From an uncultured virus (IMG/VR IMGVR_UViG_2823577039_000003) (lineage: Duplodnaviria; Heunggongvirae; Uroviricota; Caudoviricetes), in the IMG/VR virus record IMGVR_UViG_2823577039_000003: DNA of 64,000 nucleotides. One strand, given 5' to 3'. Below, in pieces: positions 9,286 to 19,495 of the stretch (position 1 is the stretch's first letter; every line of letters begins with the position of its first letter). The notes beneath the pieces are model-generated. The model had not been told where the DNA came from. It searched no databases and worked only from the letters and a program-made list of their open reading frames with translations. The translations under genes were made by a program, and so were the position numbers.

Positions 9286-10170
9286 ATGGAACCAGCATGG
9301 CTTAGAGATCAGGCTATTGTAGGTAACATCGCCGCTATTGCCAAAAACCGAGAAGTAAAGTGGACATGGAATCTTCCTGATGGTAAACAAATTGGAATCC
9401 GTCAGACTCGCATCGCTTGGTCTCGGGACTTTGAACGTTGGATTACTATGTTAGGTATAGACCAGAGACATTTAGACATATTTATATCTACTAACCAATT
9501 GAATTGGAAGGCTCTTCCTGAACTACCTCCTCCCTACCGAGTTAAAGGCCGGGGCGTGAATACGAAAGGAAGAAAATTATATTCCACTCGTTGGAAATAC
9601 TTTTTGACACCTGAAGGATTGAAACCATATGGATTAAAGTTTGAGGAAGTGTGGTTAGGTAAAAACATGGTCTGGGATTTCGATCATGAAGATTTAAGTG
9701 TATCTTTCCAAGATGCTTACCAAGTATATAATTATCTTACCGAGGCTGGAATGCATCCCACAATAGTGTTTTCAGGTAGAAAAGGTTTTCACGTTTGGCT
9801 TACTGGTGATGAATCTGCTCAAATGGCAGGAGTTCATTTACATGATTTAAAAGATAACGAGGACCCTTTGCGAGATATAGGTAAAATATATGCTCGGGTA
9901 GTAGCAGATACTACTTTCGCTGCCACAGGAAATGCACACCCCAGTTTAGATTTAAGTCCTAATTACCGTCAGGGACTGATCCGTCTTCCCTACAGTGTTA
10001 ACCAGCAAGTGGTTTGGCCTCTGTCCGCAGAAGAAATAAATATACTCCACCGCAGTGAGTTCACTACCGACGCAGAAGTTGGAAGTCTACTACATCCTTG
10101 GCAGAAACAAAATCTTTTCTATCGTGCCGGAAATCAGTGTTTCCGTAGAATGTTAGATAACTTTGATTAG
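9286..10170 (+). CDS. priS: Archaeo-eukaryotic primase catalytic subunit (PriS-like)
   Basis: VWDFD (DxD), FSGRKGFHVW, D...IRLPYS motifs. Confidence 0.85.
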   Translation: MEPAWLRDQAIVGNIAAIAKNREVKWTWNLPDGKQIGIRQTRIAWSRDFERWITMLGIDQRHLDIFISTNQLNWKALPELPPPYRVKGRGVNTKGRKLYSTRWKYFLTPEGLKPYGLKFEEVWLGKNMVWDFDHEDLSVSFQDAYQVYNYLTEAGMHPTIVFSGRKGFHVWLTGDESAQMAGVHLHDLKDNEDPLRDIGKIYARVVADTTFAATGNAHPSLDLSPNYRQGLIRLPYSVNQQVVWPLSAEEINILHRSEFTTDAEVGSLLHPWQKQNLFYRAGNQCFRRMLDNFD

Positions 10171-10201
10171 TATAAATAAGTGATAGCCTCATAGATATCC
10201 T

Positions 10202-11071
10202 ATGCCAGAAGGTCCAGAAGTTAAACGCACTACTGAAAGGCTTAATCGCTTTTTACAAGGAAGTAAATTACAAGAAATTGTGGTAGAAGACGACCGCTGG
10301 TTTCAGAATCAAGTAAGAGATGAAGTAAGTTTATTTATGTCAGAGTTAAGTAAAGGTCCTCTGGAAATTAGATCTGTGGATTGTAAAGGGAAGTTTATTT
10401 ATTTCCAAATTGGGAAGTTTGACGTGCATCATACTTTAGGAATGACTGGGACATGGAGATTTCCCGGCAAAGGCGACCACAAACATCGTAGGTTAGTTCT
10501 CAAAACCGATAAAGGTGAGATTACTTATGTGGATTATCGTAAGTTTGGAACATTTAAGATATTTCATGATAAACCTGAGACCCTGCAGAAGAAATTAGGA
10601 ACTTTGGGACCTGATTTATTGAACGAAGAAGTATCAGAAGATTTATTTTTATCACGAATGCGAGGAGAACATACTCGCAAAGGATATAATCACAAGGAAG
10701 TAACACAAGTTATGATGGACCAGAAAGCCGTGGCAGGCATTGGTAATTATATTAAGGCTGAAGCACTGTATATGTCTAAGATTAATCCTCGTGCCAAAGT
10801 GGGAGATTTATCTGATGAGGAATTAAAAGAATTAGGAAGAGCCTGTATCTGGGTTATTCATGCCAGTTACAAAGCCCGAGGTGCCACTATCAGAAATTAT
10901 AAATTACCTAATGGTGATGTCGGTGATTATAAGTTTGAGTTCCAAGTATACTCCCAGAAGACCGATCCGTCTGGAAATAAAGTTATTAGAGAAGAAACTG
11001 CAGATAAACGCACAACTCATTGGGTGTCAGAAATACAAACCCGGGGTGTGACAACACAAAACCATTTATAG
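10202..11071 (+). CDS. Fpg/Nei-family DNA glycosylase/AP lyase, zinc-less finger type
   Basis: N-terminal PEGPEV, KGKF, LGMTG, D.RKFG, LGPD, H2TH DQ..VAGIGNY..E, RTTHW without Cys. Confidence 0.92.
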   Translation: MPEGPEVKRTTERLNRFLQGSKLQEIVVEDDRWFQNQVRDEVSLFMSELSKGPLEIRSVDCKGKFIYFQIGKFDVHHTLGMTGTWRFPGKGDHKHRRLVLKTDKGEITYVDYRKFGTFKIFHDKPETLQKKLGTLGPDLLNEEVSEDLFLSRMRGEHTRKGYNHKEVTQVMMDQKAVAGIGNYIKAEALYMSKINPRAKVGDLSDEELKELGRACIWVIHASYKARGATIRNYKLPNGDVGDYKFEFQVYSQKTDPSGNKVIREETADKRTTHWVSEIQTRGVTTQNHL

Positions 11072-11092
11072 TCGGCGGAATAAAATAAGTTT

Positions 11093-11722
11093 ATGAGTGT
11101 CATCAACTATGTTTCAGGTGATAGGTATGTTTTACTTATTGTGAACCAAAACGCTGCTCAGGTATGGGGCACTCAAGATGCATTAGTGAAAGGATATCGT
11201 ATTTCAGGAGAAAAGAAAAAGAAGACTTCGGCTTTAGAGGATGTCTTTGTGTTTCCCAGTATTGATAAATGTCTTAGCATGATTCAAGAATATGTAGATT
11301 TACAAACCGACATGAGAGAATCTCAAGTAAGACAAGGTGGAGATTATGAGGGCAGATATGTAGCCGTATCAGCAGGACCTCTTAATGATATCAAAGAGTC
11401 TACAACTTATTTAGATGGACTTTATGACGAATGGGCACACGATTATCCGGATCGGCAAAATGACATGCATTTTATTTTTGGTGATGAGGACGGCGATGGA
11501 GTGCAAGATAATTGTGATGGAAACCTAATTACTCGGAAAATAACGTATCCTGTAAAACAAGTAACTCCACAAATAAAAGATTATGTTACTGAAAGAGCAG
11601 AAGCCGGTTTAGCCACTCAAGGCCATATAACTTTATGGGCACCACAGAAAGATTTAGATAGTCGTAGACAGGATATTAGATTATACGAGTGGTTAATTAT
11701 ACCAGTGGAGGGTTATGAATGA
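11093..11722 (+). CDS. Hypothetical protein, INW/INY-tag family
   Basis: Starts MSVINY. Confidence 0.6.
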   Translation: MSVINYVSGDRYVLLIVNQNAAQVWGTQDALVKGYRISGEKKKKTSALEDVFVFPSIDKCLSMIQEYVDLQTDMRESQVRQGGDYEGRYVAVSAGPLNDIKESTTYLDGLYDEWAHDYPDRQNDMHFIFGDEDGDGVQDNCDGNLITRKITYPVKQVTPQIKDYVTERAEAGLATQGHITLWAPQKDLDSRRQDIRLYEWLIIPVEGYE

Positions 11723-12081
11723 GTGGAGTAATCAATTGGCTAAAAGGTAACACTGTGTATATTGTTACTTTAACGCTGTATGGTAATCCTGATGGACACT
11801 TGGACACCATCTCAGAAAATAATATAGATGAACACAAGAAATCACCGTTTCAACAATGGATATTTAATTCAGGGGAAGAGGCCGTAGAAGCAGCCCAAGC
11901 CATCGCTGCCGCCGTAGATAAAAGCACAGGTCAAGATTTGGGAATAACATTGAAAGAAAATATCATGGCTGGTAGTCAAGATATAATTTTATGTGTAGAG
12001 TTATACGATAAATCTGATGATACTGTGCAATTTAGAATATATGTAACTGCTTTTCAGAAGCAAGGTAGGGAGTGGTTGTAA
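11719..12081 (+). CDS. Hypothetical protein, INW-tag family
   Basis: Starts MSGVINWL; ATGA overlap with the upstream gene. Confidence 0.65.
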   Translation: MSGVINWLKGNTVYIVTLTLYGNPDGHLDTISENNIDEHKKSPFQQWIFNSGEEAVEAAQAIAAAVDKSTGQDLGITLKENIMAGSQDIILCVELYDKSDDTVQFRIYVTAFQKQGREWL

Positions 12082-13067
12082 TGGGTTATCGTAGTTATGG
12101 GTTTTTTGCATTTCCTAAAAAATATCTTCCTGAATTAGAAAGAAGAGTTATTGAAGCAGATATAAAGTGGATGATAACAGAGGATTCAGGAAAAAAGACT
12201 CTGGATTTGGGTCATTTTGAAGAAGTAGATACTTTTGAAGATCGAAATGGGTTTGGAGAAATGTTGAAACTTACTTTTTCAGAATGGAAGTGGTATAGTG
12301 GTTATGATTTCCCACAAATAGTAGAAACCTTTTTGTATGAAATGGATGAAGCCGATCACTATCTTAATCCGGAAGAGGCAAGAGAAAATACATTTAAAAC
12401 TTTAGACATTACTTATCCCTTAAGATTCATTAACTATCCTGCTAAACAAATTGATAATGTTATGCGAGTTAATACCTATGAAGAACCATATGCTTTTGTG
12501 AGAGTAGGTGAGGAATACCCAGATACGGAAGTAGCCACCAATATGTATGATATTTACGCCCAGACCTATATTTCTAATCATCCCATAACCGAACAACCTC
12601 CCGTAACTACAATTGTTGTAGATATTACCAGTAATAATGAACAAGAAGTGGTGGCACTGGCTGAAGAGTTCAATAAGATTTATAATCCGAAATTAAGTGC
12701 ACTATCTTCCCAAGAATATTTTGATCAGATAGACCAAACACCTCGTAAATATTCTCCTTATGTTAAGCAAGGAGAACCACCTAAACCCGATATGTGGACT
12801 AAAAATCTTTATTATGGGTGGCACAGCGACCAATTCGCTTCGGGAGATGGCCTAACATCCTTGGATATATTAGTGGCTGACATGGCTAAATGGTGTCTTG
12901 AACACTCCGAGCCTTATGCTCACCGAGATATTACTTTAGCGGCGTTTACCTTCACTGAGGAGAGTGAACCTATAGATCACGGTCAGAAAATTGATGTAGA
13001 TTTTGAATTAACACCACATTGGGATATGGATATCTATCTAAATAACGATTACTATAGTGAGATATAA
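12081..13067 (+). CDS. Hypothetical protein, paralog of 1455..2045
   Basis: MGYRSY / KWYSGY / AFVRVGEE; TAATG overlap fixes the start at 12081. Confidence 0.65.
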   Translation: MGYRSYGFFAFPKKYLPELERRVIEADIKWMITEDSGKKTLDLGHFEEVDTFEDRNGFGEMLKLTFSEWKWYSGYDFPQIVETFLYEMDEADHYLNPEEARENTFKTLDITYPLRFINYPAKQIDNVMRVNTYEEPYAFVRVGEEYPDTEVATNMYDIYAQTYISNHPITEQPPVTTIVVDITSNNEQEVVALAEEFNKIYNPKLSALSSQEYFDQIDQTPRKYSPYVKQGEPPKPDMWTKNLYYGWHSDQFASGDGLTSLDILVADMAKWCLEHSEPYAHRDITLAAFTFTEESEPIDHGQKIDVDFELTPHWDMDIYLNNDYYSEI

Positions 13068-13098
13068 GATATAAATATGTGCGAAAGGAAGAAATCTT

Positions 13099-13254
13099 AT
13101 GGGCCTTAAACAATACGCCGAGAGAATGACTATTTGTCGGACATGTCCTGAATTAAAACGCAAGTTAACAGGAAGTTTCTGCAACATATGTGGGTGTAAT
13201 ATGAAGTTAAAGACGCAAGTTAAATCTGCTAAATGTCCTTTAGGAAAGTGGTGA
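13099..13254 (+). CDS. Small Cys-rich protein ending CPLGKW (51 aa, not in ORF track)
   Basis: R..IC..CP...C..CGC...K......CPLGKW; TATAAATA 21 nt upstream. Confidence 0.7.
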   Translation: MGLKQYAERMTICRTCPELKRKLTGSFCNICGCNMKLKTQVKSAKCPLGKW

Positions 13255-13255
13255 C

Positions 13256-13447
13256 GTGGCTAAAGGTAAAGATATATTAAAAAAGGTAGTTCTTTGGAGG
13301 ATTATTTCCATTCTTTTAACCCTGACAACTATCTGGATTGTTGAGGGAGATATTAAAGATGCTACGTTTATTACCGTGGTGTTACATATTATACTAATTA
13401 TTTCGCATTGGATATTTGAATCCATTTGGGACAGTAAGTATAAATAA
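13256..13447 (+). CDS. Small membrane protein, DUF2061-like
   Basis: K...WRI, two TM segments, H..FE.IW. Confidence 0.6.
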   Translation: MAKGKDILKKVVLWRIISILLTLTTIWIVEGDIKDATFITVVLHIILIISHWIFESIWDSKYK

Positions 13448-13468
13448 CAAGTCACACGAAATCTACAT

Positions 13469-14110
13469 ATGGTTGATTTCGGTCNGGGGCAGGATAAACT
13501 GGCGATGCCATTAACCACCGTGATGGGACGTATAATTATCTCACCTGTCAGCACTATCAATTATCTTTTCCATACAGATTATTACCAATGGATGGCACAG
13601 CATGAAACCGAGTTAAAGAATCTNNANAANATGAATTGGTGGAGGGCACAGAAAAACGAACAGGAAAGAAATATGCCTCGCCATGCTAATCGCTCATATA
13701 ATTGGATACCACATCGTATATTAGACATTAGAGAAAAACTTATTGAAACACAGTTATCATATTTATTTGGCGACCAAAANTGGAATGAGAAACCTTTCTC
13801 TAACGATCTGGATTGCAGACATTGTGGTGTTCATATGCAAGACATTAGTGAATATATTTCTAAAGTAACTAACTCCTTAGATGATATCTGGAACTGGCAT
13901 AACGACGAAGAAAAAGATTTTGAACCATCTCTCCAGCAAGTTTTAGATTTCTACGACGATAAATATCCCGAATTAGTTAAAGAAAAGGCTCGCTTAAATC
14001 TACCTACATATGGAAGTAGGACTATGGTGGGTCACATAAATGGTTTCTGCCATGTCTGTTGGGAAGATATTATAAAACCACAGTTNGGNTGGGANGATCG
14101 TCTGGAATAG
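13469..14110 (+). CDS. Hypothetical protein with split C4 zinc finger
   Basis: CRHC...CHVC; promoter 22 nt upstream. Confidence 0.6.
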   Translation: MVDFGXGQDKLAMPLTTVMGRIIISPVSTINYLFHTDYYQWMAQHETELKNXXXMNWWRAQKNEQERNMPRHANRSYNWIPHRILDIREKLIETQLSYLFGDQXWNEKPFSNDLDCRHCGVHMQDISEYISKVTNSLDDIWNWHNDEEKDFEPSLQQVLDFYDDKYPELVKEKARLNLPTYGSRTMVGHINGFCHVCWEDIIKPQXXWXDRLE

Positions 14111-14140
14111 TATAAGTAAGTGATAGCCCGAACATATCTC

Positions 14141-14737
14141 ATGGACGATTTCGTTATTGAGGTTCATCAAGTTCCAGATGGCAAAGCCATGACTGGATTT
14201 GAAGTTTACGAACCGGGGGTTGAGGCCACNGTAGTTCAAATCAGAAAAAGATGGGAACCAACTTATGCTTATTGTCCTGAATGCACTCAAACTACTGAAT
14301 ATGATAGTCGTTGGAAGGAACACCGACAGCGCAGATTAGGTCCTGATGATTACAGACAACGATTTAAACAAAAAGAATGTGCCGACAGCCCTACTGGTTG
14401 GACTAATCAATGTCTTAATTGTGGTTTTGAACTTAAAGATACTGAAAACGAGGAAGTTAGTAAAGTAGAAGACCGGGGCGAAGATGCCGAAATAGAATGG
14501 ATGAACACAGGATATATGTATGAAGGTGGCTGGTGGCTGGGCATTGATAAAATTAAAGAAATGTTGAAGATCGGAAACAGTAGTGCTGTAGAAATAAACT
14601 TTGCTTTCGTAATAGAGGGACAAACCCGATTGTTACCCTATGATAAACTAAGGGAAGTTGTGAAAACTAAAACTATTTTGAATCGTGAGGGCAGTAACGA
14701 CCTTGGATTCCCTATTCATATCTTTAGAACATTATAA
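14141..14737 (+). CDS. Hypothetical zinc-ribbon protein
   Basis: CPEC...CLNC; start moved by TATAAGTA spacing of 22 nt. Confidence 0.6.
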   Translation: MDDFVIEVHQVPDGKAMTGFEVYEPGVEAXVVQIRKRWEPTYAYCPECTQTTEYDSRWKEHRQRRLGPDDYRQRFKQKECADSPTGWTNQCLNCGFELKDTENEEVSKVEDRGEDAEIEWMNTGYMYEGGWWLGIDKIKEMLKIGNSSAVEINFAFVIEGQTRLLPYDKLREVVKTKTILNREGSNDLGFPIHIFRTL

Positions 14738-14763
14738 ATAGTTGGCTGAGAGAAGTGATAATT

Positions 14764-15051
14764 ATGATTAATCAGCCATGGGCCAAAAGAAATTGGTATA
14801 CTTGGACTAATGCTTATACTTCAGGAACTAATGATGTGTTAATCAATATGAGTGAAAATACTACTACCATAGATCTCAATCAAGTAGTCAGTTGGAATAT
14901 CCGTAATAAGTTCGGTGGGCCTAAGTTAAGAGTAGAACTAACTGTTACCTTGGCTAATGGAAAGATTTTTACATTTTATGATGACGTGCCTGAACAGATA
15001 TTTCAGACCGAGGCTTTCTTCAAAGCCATGGCAGATGCTAACTTATTGTAG
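14764..15051 (+). CDS. Hypothetical protein
   Basis: TATAAATAG 23 nt upstream of ATG. Confidence 0.55.
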   Translation: MINQPWAKRNWYTWTNAYTSGTNDVLINMSENTTTIDLNQVVSWNIRNKFGGPKLRVELTVTLANGKIFTFYDDVPEQIFQTEAFFKAMADANLL

Positions 15052-15059
15052 GTGGAATA

Positions 15060-15173
15060 ATGACAGAGTGGATTCAAGTAGGTGGGCCTTGTCGTCGTCA
15101 ATGCGATGTAGATAAAGATACTTTAATCTGTCAAAGTTGTGGCATGTATTATGGAAAAGCCGGTGAAGAATAA
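15060..15173 (+). CDS. Tiny Cys-rich protein (37 aa, not in ORF track)
   Basis: PCRRQC......ICQSCG. Confidence 0.5.
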   Translation: MTEWIQVGGPCRRQCDVDKDTLICQSCGMYYGKAGEE

Positions 15174-15646
15174 TGTGGCAACCCTATCGTGTCCTGCTCA
15201 TGGGAGTTCCCACTCTTGGTAGAGTTGATGGACGAAGCCAATCAGGTGCTGTTTATGAGTGGATATCATCTCGTGATGTGCACCAAGTCTTTTACTCAGG
15301 TTTCGGAGATACATTTGACAGATTTATTAATCAAGTAATAGATATAAGAGATGACATTCTTAATCAACCCNCTGGACCCGGAATATTAAGTGCATTGTTT
15401 GGAAATACATGGCCTCGCTTTTATAATACTGTATCTACAGGAAAAACAATGAATATAATTAACTACCAAGATAAACTCTTGCCTTTGTTTCCGATCGAAG
15501 TAGAGGCAGTCATTGTATTAACCAATCCACAGTATCGCCGTCAGATGAAAACCAATCCTAACAAGTTGGCTTGGAAGGCATGGTATGACGCACGAAATAT
15601 NCCTGTGCTGTTTATGAGAGAAGATGGTATCTTTGATACAACATAA
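15173..15646 (+). CDS. Hypothetical protein
   Basis: 157-aa ORF, TAATG coupled to the upstream gene. Confidence 0.55.
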   Translation: MWQPYRVLLMGVPTLGRVDGRSQSGAVYEWISSRDVHQVFYSGFGDTFDRFINQVIDIRDDILNQPXGPGILSALFGNTWPRFYNTVSTGKTMNIINYQDKLLPLFPIEVEAVIVLTNPQYRRQMKTNPNKLAWKAWYDARNXPVLFMREDGIFDTT

Positions 15647-15679
15647 TAATATAAATAGTAGGCGCATAGCACTTTACCT

Positions 15680-16564
15680 ATGGTTGTGCTACCAAGTCCC
15701 TATGCTTATGCGTGGTTTGAAGCACCTGAAAAGCAATTTAACTTAGAAGTTAAAGTTGGGTGCAAAGACCCGAACAGCGTAGACTATTGTGAAGATTGTC
15801 AAGTAGAGGACAATTCTCGCTGTGGTCCGTGTAATGCAGGATGGACTAAAATTAATGACCCTAACATGAAATGTTGGGCTGTGGGAAGCATGACAGTAGA
15901 TTGTGCTAACGGTCAAATCTTTTACCATCCTATGGGGTGTCGTGATTCAGATAGTTATACTGGAAATGATTGCACTTGCGGTGGCATAGATGCTTTTGAA
16001 GGATGTGGTCAGCAGATTGATCCTCGTAATCGCAAATGGCAAAACCGAAAGCAGAATGTTACTTCCAAAAACCCACAAGTTAAATATAAGCCAGCCAAGG
16101 GAAAACCGGGGTATGTAAAGACATATTCAGGTGATTATTCTTGGGACCGTGTGCTATGGGGCGTAACTTCTGATGGAATGCCAGTGTTTAAACAAGGTAG
16201 TAGCGATTGGACTAAGGCCACAGAAGAGTCAGGTGGTTTAGTTAAAGAAAAAGTCTATGATATAATCAAAACTAATTGTGGTGGAACAGTAACTCGGGTA
16301 GATCTAACCGAAGATGATAGAAAAACTATTCCTCCTGTCTTGGGAGTGTCTACTTCGGTGGAAGGGCCTTCTGTAACTGCTACTGCAGGAACGCCAGCGT
16401 CAGGATTGTCAAATACATCTATTTCAACTCAAAGTAGCGTTATCTCACCTGTTACTTCTGGACCTGCAGAGGAAGAACCCGGGTCTTTAGCCGGATTAAT
16501 CTGGCCTATTGCGGGCGTAATAGGTTTATTAGGCTTCATGAAACTAAGAGGTGGAAAGAAATGA
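15680..16564 (+). CDS. Cys-rich surface protein with S/T linker and C-terminal TM anchor
   Basis: GCKDPNS.DY motif, many Cys, ends IWPIAGVIGLLGFMKLRGGKK. Confidence 0.7.
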   Translation: MVVLPSPYAYAWFEAPEKQFNLEVKVGCKDPNSVDYCEDCQVEDNSRCGPCNAGWTKINDPNMKCWAVGSMTVDCANGQIFYHPMGCRDSDSYTGNDCTCGGIDAFEGCGQQIDPRNRKWQNRKQNVTSKNPQVKYKPAKGKPGYVKTYSGDYSWDRVLWGVTSDGMPVFKQGSSDWTKATEESGGLVKEKVYDIIKTNCGGTVTRVDLTEDDRKTIPPVLGVSTSVEGPSVTATAGTPASGLSNTSISTQSSVISPVTSGPAEEEPGSLAGLIWPIAGVIGLLGFMKLRGGKK

Positions 16565-17259
16565 ATAGATCTGGTTTAATGTTAGCCGTGGGAACTATGG
16601 AAGACATCTGGCACGAACACGGCGAAGAAATTGTGCAGTGGATTATTGATTATACTGATTTTCACCAAAATGAGTTAATACAACCATATATGACTAATGA
16701 TGACCCTGCAGATATTGACTGGGACGAAATATTTTATCAGTTTTTAGAAAGATTTATGCAGGAGGCTCATACTACTGAAGGTGAATGGATACAATGTAGT
16801 AGAGTTATCTTCGGTGAAAAGGATTTCATAGTAGATACTGAACACTTAGGTGGATATAATCGCACCTTCCCTGCAGATTTAGAAGATGCTTTCAAAGTAG
16901 GTAGTGGAGTAGGTAACAGTGAAATGACTTCATGGACTTATTCTGATGATGCCTACATGGGCGATGTCTTCGGTTANACAGAAGAATCAGAAGATGTTGA
17001 TAAAGTTATAGTTAATGCTATCGTGGCTATTGAAGAGGTAGACTGGGCTACCACAATTGCTACCAATATGTCAACTTACTGGCAAGAATATGAATTAGTG
17101 ATCCCACACAACACTCCAGTTTATGATATAGATATATTAAGAAATGGCCAACCCATGACAACCATGGAAGAAAGTAAGGCTGCAGAATGGGGTAACACCA
17201 CAATATCAAGTTCGGTAGAAGAGATGATTAGTCTGTTAAAAAGAAATAAAAAGAGTTGA
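16561..17259 (+). CDS. Acidic hypothetical protein
   Basis: 232-aa ORF. Confidence 0.55.
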   Translation: MNRSGLMLAVGTMEDIWHEHGEEIVQWIIDYTDFHQNELIQPYMTNDDPADIDWDEIFYQFLERFMQEAHTTEGEWIQCSRVIFGEKDFIVDTEHLGGYNRTFPADLEDAFKVGSGVGNSEMTSWTYSDDAYMGDVFGXTEESEDVDKVIVNAIVAIEEVDWATTIATNMSTYWQEYELVIPHNTPVYDIDILRNGQPMTTMEESKAAEWGNTTISSSVEEMISLLKRNKKS

Positions 17260-17263
17260 GAAG

Positions 17264-18007
17264 ATGACTGATAGAAATGAAAGAATAGAAAGAGCCAAGG
17301 AATTGGGTAAACAATGGAATAAAGAAGTAGATAAAGATACTTTAGATGCTGCTAAGAAAGGTGCTAAGTCTGATTATGTCGGACAATGGAAGCGCACACC
17401 CAACTTGCCTAAGTATCCTCCTGCGGGACAGTCATGGTGCGGATTACAATCTACCTATGATACNTTAGAGAAACAAGATAAGAAACGTAAAAGTAAATGG
17501 AAGCGTTTGGGCACTGCTATTAAACCACCACAACAGTTCGTCGTCACGGATGGCACTGGTATTGGAAATCGTGAGTTCGTCACTGGACCTCGTGGGACAG
17601 ATGTGGCTTTTACTCAATTTCAACGCAAATGTGTTCCCTGTGGACAATCATGGGTAGCATCACAGAAGGACGTAGATAATAGCAACAAAGCCAAAGAACG
17701 TTGCTGGAAGTGTGGGGTCGTGAATAACTATACAGAAAACAAAGCCAACATCGCTTACAGAGAAATTAAGTTCCCTGTAACTACGCCGGGGTGTAAGGAC
17801 ACTTTAGCATATGTATCTTTAACTGGTGAGCCAGCCAAGAAATTGGAAGCAGTATTGCGTCCCGGATCGGTGATTGAAATACAAGGCTGGATTAAACCTA
17901 ACAAAGAATGGAAATATAAAAATAATAAGAAGTTCTTAGTAGATGCTTTATTGATTACATTGGGCAGCACTCAACACGGTGGTTATGTTAAACTTATTAA
18001 GAGATGA
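17264..18007 (+). CDS. Basic zinc-finger protein with possible C-terminal OB fold
   Basis: CVPC...CWKC; LRPGSVIEIQG. Confidence 0.5.
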   Translation: MTDRNERIERAKELGKQWNKEVDKDTLDAAKKGAKSDYVGQWKRTPNLPKYPPAGQSWCGLQSTYDXLEKQDKKRKSKWKRLGTAIKPPQQFVVTDGTGIGNREFVTGPRGTDVAFTQFQRKCVPCGQSWVASQKDVDNSNKAKERCWKCGVVNNYTENKANIAYREIKFPVTTPGCKDTLAYVSLTGEPAKKLEAVLRPGSVIEIQGWIKPNKEWKYKNNKKFLVDALLITLGSTQHGGYVKLIKR

Positions 18008-18012
18008 TAATT

Positions 18013-18411
18013 ATGTCAGAAGTCATCAATTGGTTGCGGGATGACAGCGTGGTCTCACGCCGAGGTCCTAATGCAATTGTGGTATTTGCAGACTTTTATG
18101 ATTATGAAATGACTACCCAAATCTATCAACTACCTGATGATAAGGATGCCGCCATAAATAATATGAAAGGGATTTTAGATTCCTTAGTAGATCCGGGTGC
18201 NGAAGATAATTCAGTTANTATTATCTGTAAGGAAACAACCAAGACTTGGGATATAGCGATGATTNAANACCAAGGCAAAGAGANGGTAGTCAAGGAACTA
18301 ATGGATTTACTAANGAAAGACGACAATTGGGATGCTGTTTGGAAGGTATCGGGATGGCAATCAGGTAGCGAAAATTGGGAAGTAAGATGGGAGAGGGTAA
18401 ACTTTGTCTGA
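18013..18411 (+). CDS. Hypothetical protein, INW-tag family
   Basis: Starts MSEVINWL. Confidence 0.65.
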   Translation: MSEVINWLRDDSVVSRRGPNAIVVFADFYDYEMTTQIYQLPDDKDAAINNMKGILDSLVDPGXEDNSVXIICKETTKTWDIAMIXXQGKEXVVKELMDLLXKDDNWDAVWKVSGWQSGSENWEVRWERVNFV

Positions 18412-18907
18412 AATAATTAATTGGATTAAGGAAAGTGGTGGAAAAACCCAAGGTGTTTACATCTGCACAGATTGGTATGACCATGAGTTATCTTATTATT
18501 TAGGTTTCTGGCCTCAAGATATAGATAGAATGGAACGCAGTCTGCGAGAAGAAATAAAAGACTGGTTAGAACATGCTTCCGTATATGATGAGGGTGAGAT
18601 AAGTATATCTGGAATCTATCAGAACGGTGAGTTATTTTCAGAAGAGTGGTCCACAGAGGGTGATGCACTTGATGAGCCTGATAAAGTGTTGGAACGAATT
18701 ATGGAATTAGTAAAACTTACCAGCAATCCTAAAACATTACCTCTGAAGAAAATAAAGGAAATTGAATCCAGTGTCCGAACTGCAGCGAAAGTGCACGGTA
18801 AAGACATAAACACAGGTGCTCTTCTGCTCTTTGGCATTAGGGCTTGGTATAATTATGACGGTTCAGCAGAAAAACACTGGGATTTACAATATTTAGTGGA
18901 GGTCTAA
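18404..18907 (+). CDS. Hypothetical protein, INW-tag family
   Basis: TTG start, MSEIINWI. Confidence 0.65.
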   Translation: MSEIINWIKESGGKTQGVYICTDWYDHELSYYLGFWPQDIDRMERSLREEIKDWLEHASVYDEGEISISGIYQNGELFSEEWSTEGDALDEPDKVLERIMELVKLTSNPKTLPLKKIKEIESSVRTAAKVHGKDINTGALLLFGIRAWYNYDGSAEKHWDLQYLVEV

Positions 18908-18909
18908 CG

Positions 18910-19311
18910 ATGTCTGAAGTAATTAACTGGTTGACTCGTAATCCTCATCGGTATGCTATCGCCGGGGCTTCGGTGTATGATTCTTCTTTTGAAACTTGGT
19001 TTGAAACCATGGATGGTAAACCAGCGACTTTGGAAGAGTTTTTAGATGTGGTTGCCGAGAGTTGGGACTTGCATTTTAGCAAGGAAAATTGGTCAGTATA
19101 TGGAGGACATTTTGTTTTCTTTGATCCTATTACTGAATATCAACTGGACATATGGAAAATAGAAGAGTGGGACCCAGAAGACTCGGCAGACTTTCTTTCT
19201 GATTTCCAAGATATGATTAAGAAACATTGGCATAGAAATTGGTCTTGTGGATATGGACATATAACTTCGGAAGGATTTTATGAAGTTAAGTGGGGGCGAA
19301 ACAATGTCTAA
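18910..19311 (+). CDS. Hypothetical protein, INW-tag family
   Basis: Starts MSEVINWL. Confidence 0.65.
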   Translation: MSEVINWLTRNPHRYAIAGASVYDSSFETWFETMDGKPATLEEFLDVVAESWDLHFSKENWSVYGGHFVFFDPITEYQLDIWKIEEWDPEDSADFLSDFQDMIKKHWHRNWSCGYGHITSEGFYEVKWGRNNV

Positions 19312-19495
19312 TACAATTAACTGGTTCAGAGAGGATCGGGTGGACCGCAGGTTGCTACAACTATTAAAATACGACAAAGAACAAGATTATTATGAAGGGA
19401 AATTAACTCCCGAGGAAGAAGCAGAAATGATCGCCTTCCTTGACCAATATACAGATAAAGATTATGATAATCTACCTGCGGGGGCACAAGCATGA
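19304..19495 (+). CDS. Small protein, INW-tag family
   Basis: Starts MSNTINWF (ATG 19304). Confidence 0.6.
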   Translation: MSNTINWFREDRVDRRLLQLLKYDKEQDYYEGKLTPEEEAEMIAFLDQYTDKDYDNLPAGAQA

